64,000 bases of DNA from Lysobacterales bacterium. Its GTDB lineage: Bacteria > Pseudomonadota > Gammaproteobacteria > Xanthomonadales > SZUA-5. The notes under the pieces were generated by a model. It was not told the DNA's origin. It searched no databases and worked only from the letters and a program-made list of their open reading frames with translations. Below are positions 58,192 to 64,000 of the stretch, piece by piece. The translations under genes and the position numbers were made by a program. The DNA lies in contig JALHMH010000003.1 in assembly GCA_022844165.1 (NCBI GenBank), positions 132,269 to 196,268 of the forward strand. The letters are read 5' to 3'. The stretch's first letter is position 1. Every line of letters starts with the position of its first letter.

Positions 58192-60351
58192 ATGAGATCG
58201 CTTGCAGTGGCCGTCGCTCTGAGTTTCGCTGCATCGCATGCAGTGGCTGTCGAAGGCATGTGGCAACCGCATCAGTTGCCGGCGATCGAGGCGCAGTTGA
58301 AGGCTGCGGGCATCGCCGTCGATCCGAAGGCGCTCAAAGAACTCACGCAGTATCCGATGAACGCTATCGTGGGCCTGGGTTTTTGCACCGCCTCCTTCGT
58401 TTCGCCGATGGGCCTTGTGGTGACCAATCACCATTGCGCGTATGGCTCGATTCAATTCAACTCAACGGCGGAAAAGAACTTGCTTCGCGACGGCTTTCTG
58501 GCGGCGAATCTGGGCGATGAGTTGCCTGGCGAACCGACGCTGCGGGTTTATGTGACCGAGTCAATCACCGAAGTGACCGACAAGGTGCGCGCTGATCTGA
58601 GCGATACGATGAGCGGTCGTCAGCGTTTCGATGCGATCGACAAAAACCAAAAAGCGCTGGTTGCCGAGTGCGAAGCCACCAAGGGCTTCCGTTGCGATGT
58701 TTACGTGTTCCATGGTGGCGCATCGTATTTTTTGATTCGGCAGATGGAAATCCGCGACGTGCGTCTGGTGTACGCGCCCGCCGAAGCGATCGGCAAGTTT
58801 GGTGGCGATATCGATAATTGGATGTGGCCTCGCCACACCGGCGACTTTGCGTACTATCGCGCCTACGTGGGACCTGACGGTCAGCCGGCAGATTTTAACG
58901 AAGCCAACGTGCCATACCGGCCCAGGTCGCATCTAAAAGTGCAGCCAGCAGGCGTGAAAGAGGGCGATTTTGCGATGATCGCCGGCTATCCGGGGCGCAC
59001 CAACCGATATCGGCTCAGCGAAGAGGTTGGCGATGTTATTTCCTGGGGTTATCCGACCCAGATTCAGCGCTTCAAGGACTTACTCGCAATCATCGATCGC
59101 GAAACCAAAGACCGGCCAGACGCAGCGATCAAGTACGCAGGCGCGGTCGCCGGTCTCAACAATGGGCTGAAGAACTTCGAGGGCAACCTCGAAGGGTTCG
59201 CCAAAATCGATGGCGTCGGCATCAAGCAGGCAGAAGAGCAGGCGATCATCGAGTGGGCAAAAACCAACGATCCGGCCGGTGTCGCTGGGTTCGATGCATT
59301 AAAATCGATGCTCGCCCAAACACGTGCTCGCCGCGACCGCGATCAACTGCTGGGATTGATGGCACAAAGCGGCGCACTCACCACAGCGCAAACGCTGTAT
59401 CGGCTTGCCGTCGAGCGGCGTAAGCCGAACGCCGAGCGTGAAGTGGGTTTTCAGGAGCGCGACGAGATCCGCATCGAAGGGCGGCTCAAGCAGCTCGATC
59501 GTCGTTACGACCCACAGACCGATCGTGCGCTACTCACCTATGTGCTGGGCGAGTACTTAAAGCTCCCCGCCGAGCAGCGTGTCGCCGAGCTCGATCGCTG
59601 GATGGGTGGTGATGAGTCGCCGACGTCAGCGCTGCTCAACGAGCGTCTGGATGATCTTTATGCAAAGACCAAGGTTGGCGATCTCGAGCAACGCCTGAAG
59701 TGGTTCAAGGCAGACCTCGCTGCGCTTGATGCCGAGTCCGATCCGCTCATCGCTTACGCGAAAGCGCTGTTCCCCGCTTCACTGCGGTTGGAGAATGAGC
59801 GTAAGTCCATCGCCGGCGATGAAACCCGTCACCGTCCAGCGTGGATGGCAACGCGTATCGCGTATGCCAAGGCGCAAGGTCGCGTGATCTATCCGGACGC
59901 CAACAACTCGCTGCGCGTCACGTTCGGCAATGTGATGGGCTATCGCCCGCGCGACGGCGTGAGCTACGCGCCCTTTACCTATCTGGACGGCATTGTCGAA
60001 AAGCACACCGGCAAAGATCCCTTCGATGCCACGCAGCGCCAGCTCAAAGCGATCGCCGACAAGCGCTTTGGGCCGTACGCGGTCGACGGCCGCGTGCCGG
60101 TGAACTTCCTGGCTGATCTTGATATCACCGGTGGAAACTCCGGCTCGCCGATGTTGAATGCGCGCGCAGAACTGATCGGCCTGGCCTTTGACGGCAACTA
60201 CGAAGCGATCAGTTCTGGTTGGATTTTCAACGAAGAGCTGACACGCACCATCGGTGTCGATGTGCGCTACATGCTCTGGGTGATGGACGCCATCGATGGC
60301 GCGCACCGTTTGCTTGAAGAGATGGGCATCAAGCCGGCGTTTGCTGAATAG
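58192..60351 (+). CDS. S46-family dipeptidyl-peptidase (DPP7/DPP11-like)
   Basis: Signal peptide, then EGMWQPHQLP. Catalytic His context VVTNHHCAYG, and GGNSGSPMLN serine near the C-terminus. 719 aa. AAGGA lies 8 nt upstream of the ATG. Confidence 0.88.
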   Translation: MRSLAVAVALSFAASHAVAVEGMWQPHQLPAIEAQLKAAGIAVDPKALKELTQYPMNAIVGLGFCTASFVSPMGLVVTNHHCAYGSIQFNSTAEKNLLRDGFLAANLGDELPGEPTLRVYVTESITEVTDKVRADLSDTMSGRQRFDAIDKNQKALVAECEATKGFRCDVYVFHGGASYFLIRQMEIRDVRLVYAPAEAIGKFGGDIDNWMWPRHTGDFAYYRAYVGPDGQPADFNEANVPYRPRSHLKVQPAGVKEGDFAMIAGYPGRTNRYRLSEEVGDVISWGYPTQIQRFKDLLAIIDRETKDRPDAAIKYAGAVAGLNNGLKNFEGNLEGFAKIDGVGIKQAEEQAIIEWAKTNDPAGVAGFDALKSMLAQTRARRDRDQLLGLMAQSGALTTAQTLYRLAVERRKPNAEREVGFQERDEIRIEGRLKQLDRRYDPQTDRALLTYVLGEYLKLPAEQRVAELDRWMGGDESPTSALLNERLDDLYAKTKVGDLEQRLKWFKADLAALDAESDPLIAYAKALFPASLRLENERKSIAGDETRHRPAWMATRIAYAKAQGRVIYPDANNSLRVTFGNVMGYRPRDGVSYAPFTYLDGIVEKHTGKDPFDATQRQLKAIADKRFGPYAVDGRVPVNFLADLDITGGNSGSPMLNARAELIGLAFDGNYEAISSGWIFNEELTRTIGVDVRYMLWVMDAIDGAHRLLEEMGIKPAFAE

Positions 60352-60360
60352 GAGTGTTCG

Positions 60361-60385
60361 CAGCGAGCACGGGGCGTGCTCGCTG
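60361..60385. terminator. Perfect 10-bp stem-loop between convergent genes (putative bidirectional terminator)
   Basis: CAGCGAGCAC-GGGGC-GTGCTCGCTG lies 10 nt after the S46 peptidase stop and 5 nt before the PIN gene stop. There is no U tract on either side, so its terminator function is inferred only. Confidence 0.35.
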
Positions 60386-60389
60386 TGAC

Positions 60390-60971
60390 TCAAATCAGCG
60401 CAGCTGCTTCGCGCAAATACATGGCGGTCTGCGGCAGCCGGTTACGTTCAAGCGCATCGATGAACGATTCTGGCGTAAACGGCGGATTGCGTAGTCGATC
60501 GCGCATTTTCTTGAACGCCGTCAGCACCCGCAGAGGATCCAATTCAATTTGGGCGATCAAGAACTCGTCGGGATGCAGCACTTCGATTCCAAATGAAGAT
60601 ACTGTGGAGTCAGGAAAGTCGCGTAGGTTGAAGGTGACAATGCAGTCCGCATGTCCGCTGATAGCGGCCGCCAGGACATGTTGATCATCCGGATCTGGCA
60701 GGCTCAGGCTTTTCTCTAAGGGCAGCCAGGCGGATTCTGAGACTTCCCAATCCGGGCAAGCCAAGTGCATTTGCTCGCAGCGATCGCCAAAAAAGCCCTT
60801 TGGCTTGCCCTTTTCGGACTCCAGATTTCGCGTCCACTCTTCGTCAATCTTGCGTGTCCATTTGGCGGCATAGATGCCTGTAGCGGCGACGCTCAACAGA
60901 GCGTCGCAAACGCAAATGGGTAACAACACGCAGGCGTCGAGCAGTACCGTGTAGCGAGCATGTCCGGCCAT
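60390..60971 (-). CDS. PIN-domain protein (putative type II toxin)
   Basis: 193 aa. Acidic PIN positions are in VLLDACVLL, PDPDDQHVLAAAI and IVTFNLRDF. It lies 8 nt downstream of an HTH gene. Local GC is lower than the flanks. Confidence 0.7.
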   Translation of the reverse strand: MAGHARYTVLLDACVLLPICVCDALLSVAATGIYAAKWTRKIDEEWTRNLESEKGKPKGFFGDRCEQMHLACPDWEVSESAWLPLEKSLSLPDPDDQHVLAAAISGHADCIVTFNLRDFPDSTVSSFGIEVLHPDEFLIAQIELDPLRVLTAFKKMRDRLRNPPFTPESFIDALERNRLPQTAMYLREAAALI

Positions 60972-60979
60972 GAGCCCGA

Positions 60980-61447
60980 TCAGTACGTCAGGCCCAGGTC
61001 CTGAGCGTTTCTTGCCATTCGCTCTAAAGCGGCCTCCTGCCTAGCACGCATACCTGCGGCGTATTCCAACACGTCGTCGTACAGGACCCGGCGATGGGAG
61101 CCGACTTTGCGATGTTTCATTCGACCCTCATCGATTTCCTTGATCACAAAAGGGCGCGAGACATTCAGAAAATTGGCGACTTCGACCGTCGACAACTCTT
61201 GTTTTTGCGGTACAAGCACGATTGGCCTGCGCTGGGACATGAGCCCCAGCACTTTGCCGATGAACTTCAGAACGTTGGGTGGCACGGATACCGCTGGAAT
61301 CGACTCGCTGTCGCTGACCAAACTGATCCGCGCAGCGCGGCCATGATCGAGCGACTCGATAATCAGGCGTTGCGCAGCATCCACCATCGCAGCATCGTCG
61401 GCGCTCAACTCGGGAGGCACCAAACGATCCTTGTCGAGCGTAGCCAT
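60980..61447 (-). CDS. Excisionase/MerR-type HTH protein (putative antitoxin)
   Basis: 155 aa. LSTVEVANFLNVSRPFVIKEIDEGRMKHRKVGSHRRV is an HTH_17/excisionase-type motif. AAGGAG lies upstream of the ATG. Confidence 0.7.
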   Translation of the reverse strand: MATLDKDRLVPPELSADDAAMVDAAQRLIIESLDHGRAARISLVSDSESIPAVSVPPNVLKFIGKVLGLMSQRRPIVLVPQKQELSTVEVANFLNVSRPFVIKEIDEGRMKHRKVGSHRRVLYDDVLEYAAGMRARQEAALERMARNAQDLGLTY

Positions 61448-61521
61448 GCACTTCTCCTTGAGAGAGGATAGTCAACTATAGTGCGCAAGTGCAATAAATG
61501 CAGCAAGTGAAACATGTTCGT

Positions 61522-62106
61522 TCACGCCCGAAATCGTGGCAGCGCATCCACGATATGCTGCAAGCGCTCGCGTGCATTCGTCATTTCCAGCATCCGCTGA
61601 CGCTCGGGCAGGGAGAAGGGCAACATCTCGGCGAGGCGATGGCTGACCCAACTGGCGTCGTCCAGTTGCGCTTTGCTGGGCGCCGCTCCCGGCAGCAGAT
61701 TTTCGATGAGGTTGCTGGCCAGAGTGCCGAGCAATGCGTACTCAGGTGGAAGCGGTTCGCCGGGTTCGGCCAACAGCGTCGAGATTTGGCCGAGCAGCAA
61801 GCCGTCGTCACGCGAATGCGCGCGATCGACATGAAAGCGCACACCGCCCTGAACGCGAATGCCGAGCAGTCCATCGGGCAAGGCATCGAAGTCGACGATA
61901 TGCGCCAACGTGCCTGTAGCGACGACACTGGAGGCCTCGCCAGCTTCCTGTCCACGCATCAGCAGCAACACACCAAAAGGCTTACCATCTCGCGTGCAGT
62001 CGCGAACCATCGATAAGTAGCGCGGCTCAAAAATGCGCAGATTCATTTGGCCGCCAGGAAACAGCACGGTCGATAACGGAAACAGCGGCGTGTCGGGCTG
62101 GCTCAT
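61522..62106 (-). CDS. LON substrate-binding (Lon N-terminal) domain protein
   Basis: The PLFPLSTVLFPGGQMNLRIFEPRYLSMV start is the Lon N-domain signature. 194 aa. The ATG overlaps the mpl stop. Confidence 0.8.
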   Translation of the reverse strand: MSQPDTPLFPLSTVLFPGGQMNLRIFEPRYLSMVRDCTRDGKPFGVLLLMRGQEAGEASSVVATGTLAHIVDFDALPDGLLGIRVQGGVRFHVDRAHSRDDGLLLGQISTLLAEPGEPLPPEYALLGTLASNLIENLLPGAAPSKAQLDDASWVSHRLAEMLPFSLPERQRMLEMTNARERLQHIVDALPRFRA

Positions 62107-63464
62107 GGGTCAATCATCGCTGCAAAGCGCTGCGCAGCACCCTCGAAACCGCCATTGCTCATGAACACCACGCGATCGCCAGCGCGTGCTTCCGTGCGGA
62201 CAGCGGTCAGCAGTTGCTCGACGCTCGACGCAACCCGCAGACGATCGGCGATCGGTGCCAACGTCGCTTGTGCGTCCCAGTTGAGGGCCGGCTGCGCCAG
62301 CACAAAAACTCGATCGGCCGTAGCGAATGCGGCAGGCAGTGTGGCAGCGTGCGCACCCTGGCGCATGGAGTTACTGCGCGGTTCCATGACTGCCAGCAGC
62401 CGTCGGTCCGGATCGCGTTGTCGGATGCCCGCGAGTGTTGTGGCGATGGCGGTTGGATGATGCGCAAAGTCATCGTACACCTCGATCTGTGAGTCTAGAT
62501 CAACGCGTTCAAGGCGACGCTTGACGCCGGCAAAGTGCGGCAGAAGCGCGCACGCTGTGCTTGGATCGACACCGGCCGCGTGAGCCGCGGCGACAGCGGC
62601 CAGGGCGTTACGCACATTGTGCGTGCCCAGCAGTTGCCAGTGCACGTCCGCTACGTGGGCGCCCCGGTGGCTGAGCGAAAAAGCGCTGCCATCCGGGCGC
62701 AATAGTTCGCCGCGCCATTCCACGTCGGCGCACAATCCGAAGCGCTCGATGGGCGTCCAGGCGCCCATCGCCAGCACTTCGGCCAGCGCCTTGTCTTCGG
62801 CATTGACGATCAGCCGCCCACCGCGCGGCACGATCCGCACGAGGTGGTGAAATTGACGCTGGATGGCCTGGATGTCGGGAAAGATATCGGCGTGGTCGTA
62901 CTCGAGGTTGTTGAGAATCGCGATGCTGGGCCGGTAGTGCACGAATTTGCTGCGTTTGTCGAAGAACGCCGTGTCGTATTCGTCGGCTTCGATGACGAAC
63001 CACCGGGAGCCTCCGAGCCTGGCCGACACCGCAAAATCCTGAGCCACGCCGCCGATCAAGAATCCCGGCGCCAACCCGGCGCGATCGAGCAAAAAAGCGA
63101 GCAGCGTTGTCGTGGTGGTTTTGCCGTGCGTGCCAGCCACGGCCAGTACCGTGCGGCCATCCAGCACTCGCTCTGCCAACCACTGCGGGCCGCTGACGTA
63201 GCGTCGGCCGGCATCGAGAATCGCTTCGACTTCCGGGTTGCCGCGACTGAGCGCGTTGCCCACGATCAGTTCCGTGGGCGCTGCTGGCAAATGGTCGCTG
63301 CGATAACCCTCGAGCACATCGATGCCGAGCGCGCGCAGTTGAGTACTCATCGGCGGATACACGGCTTGATCGCTGCCGGACACGCCCAAGCCCAACTCGC
63401 GTGCCAAAGCGGCGATGCCGCCCATGAAGGTGCCGCAGATTCCGAGGATGTGGACTGCGTTCAT
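62103..63464 (-). CDS. mpl: UDP-N-acetylmuramate:L-alanyl-gamma-D-glutamyl-meso-diaminopimelate ligase
   Basis: VHILGICGTFMGGIAALARELG, GTHGKTTTT, EADEYDTAFFDKRSKF. Length 453 aa, typical of Mpl. Confidence 0.9.
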   Translation of the reverse strand: MNAVHILGICGTFMGGIAALARELGLGVSGSDQAVYPPMSTQLRALGIDVLEGYRSDHLPAAPTELIVGNALSRGNPEVEAILDAGRRYVSGPQWLAERVLDGRTVLAVAGTHGKTTTTTLLAFLLDRAGLAPGFLIGGVAQDFAVSARLGGSRWFVIEADEYDTAFFDKRSKFVHYRPSIAILNNLEYDHADIFPDIQAIQRQFHHLVRIVPRGGRLIVNAEDKALAEVLAMGAWTPIERFGLCADVEWRGELLRPDGSAFSLSHRGAHVADVHWQLLGTHNVRNALAAVAAAHAAGVDPSTACALLPHFAGVKRRLERVDLDSQIEVYDDFAHHPTAIATTLAGIRQRDPDRRLLAVMEPRSNSMRQGAHAATLPAAFATADRVFVLAQPALNWDAQATLAPIADRLRVASSVEQLLTAVRTEARAGDRVVFMSNGGFEGAAQRFAAMIDP

Positions 63465-63973
63465 CCGAGCAACCAGCCAGCAATCGATTCATGGATCACA
63501 ACCAGCGAAAAAGCCAGCGCAAAGGCCAGCCAGAAGCCAATCTGCAACGCATGACGCAAAATGTGCGCGTCGATCACGAAGGTCCAGATAAAGAGCCCCA
63601 ACAATCCCAGTTGCAGGAATTGCACACCCAGGTCCATGCTGCCCTCGTTGCCCAGCAGTGCCTGGCGAATTGGCAGGGCAATCAGGGTGATGGCAATACT
63701 GACCGCGCAGGAGGCGATCACTGTCTGCTGAAAGCGTTCGGCAAAGCCGAACAGCCAGAGCACCGCGTACAGCAGTCCTAGATTCAGGGCCAGGCGCGCG
63801 ATCACCACCAGTGGATCGTAGTCTTCGCCAATGATCTCCAGATGCAGGAGACTCGCCAGCAGTGTCAAAAAAATGAGTTGTCCGAAGAGAGCGTGCGAGG
63901 CCGGGGCATCGGCTGGCGATGCGCGCAGTGTCATCACGTCATAAGTCCAAGACAGAAAAGCCGTCAAACTCAT
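63461..63973 (-). CDS. Hypothetical polytopic membrane protein (Yip1-like topology)
   Basis: 170 aa with 4-5 hydrophobic segments. The stop overlaps the mpl start (ATGA). No catalytic motif recognised. Confidence 0.55.
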   Translation of the reverse strand: MSLTAFLSWTYDVMTLRASPADAPASHALFGQLIFLTLLASLLHLEIIGEDYDPLVVIARLALNLGLLYAVLWLFGFAERFQQTVIASCAVSIAITLIALPIRQALLGNEGSMDLGVQFLQLGLLGLFIWTFVIDAHILRHALQIGFWLAFALAFSLVVIHESIAGWLLG

Positions 63974-64000
63974 ATGGAAGACATCGAATTGGACGCGCGT

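Overview
High-GC (mid-60s % by eye) chromosomal segment whose gene content and synteny resemble a Xanthomonadales/Lysobacterales-type gammaproteobacterium. All calls come from reading the ORF translations and the DNA by eye, with no database search. There are about 57 protein genes and no rRNA, tRNA, CRISPR, transposase or integrase. The housekeeping backbone comprises: a complete histidine operon (yerC-like, then hisG-D-C-B-H-A-F-IE) on the minus strand; trkA-trkH behind an NtrC-family regulator; mpl; nagZ-hpt-MTAP-family purine/murein salvage; pssA; yadG/yadH-like ABC-2 exporter; adaA/alkA-ogt; comF; acetoacetyl-CoA synthetase; srkA. The accessory-looking content comprises: three very large secreted BNR/Asp-box beta-propeller proteins (one followed by a Hanks kinase with TPR repeats); a PHB-depolymerase-type esterase; an S46 dipeptidyl peptidase; an AAC(3)-I-like acetyltransferase; a BacNaV-type voltage-gated channel; a GAF-PP2C-HATPase/STAS partner-switching pair next to an orphan MlaE-like permease; and a low-GC PIN/HTH toxin-antitoxin islet. 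The most unusual signals are non-coding. (1) Inverted arrays of a GGGGCAC heptamer fill two intercistronic gaps (trkA-trkH and hisB-hisH). (2) A family of structured intergenic repeats (hairpin GCCCCCTT..AAGGGGGC plus conserved flanks) is present as a tandem pair at 28.0-28.4 kb and as a reverse copy at 20.4 kb, with a possible fragment at 15.5 kb. At protein level, three secreted proteins end in the same LF-x-x-GFE tail, which may be a sorting or processing signal. Start sites are often ambiguous because high GC inflates ORFs. Where possible I chose starts using signal peptides, homologue N-termini and the frequent ATGA/GTGA stop-start overlaps.
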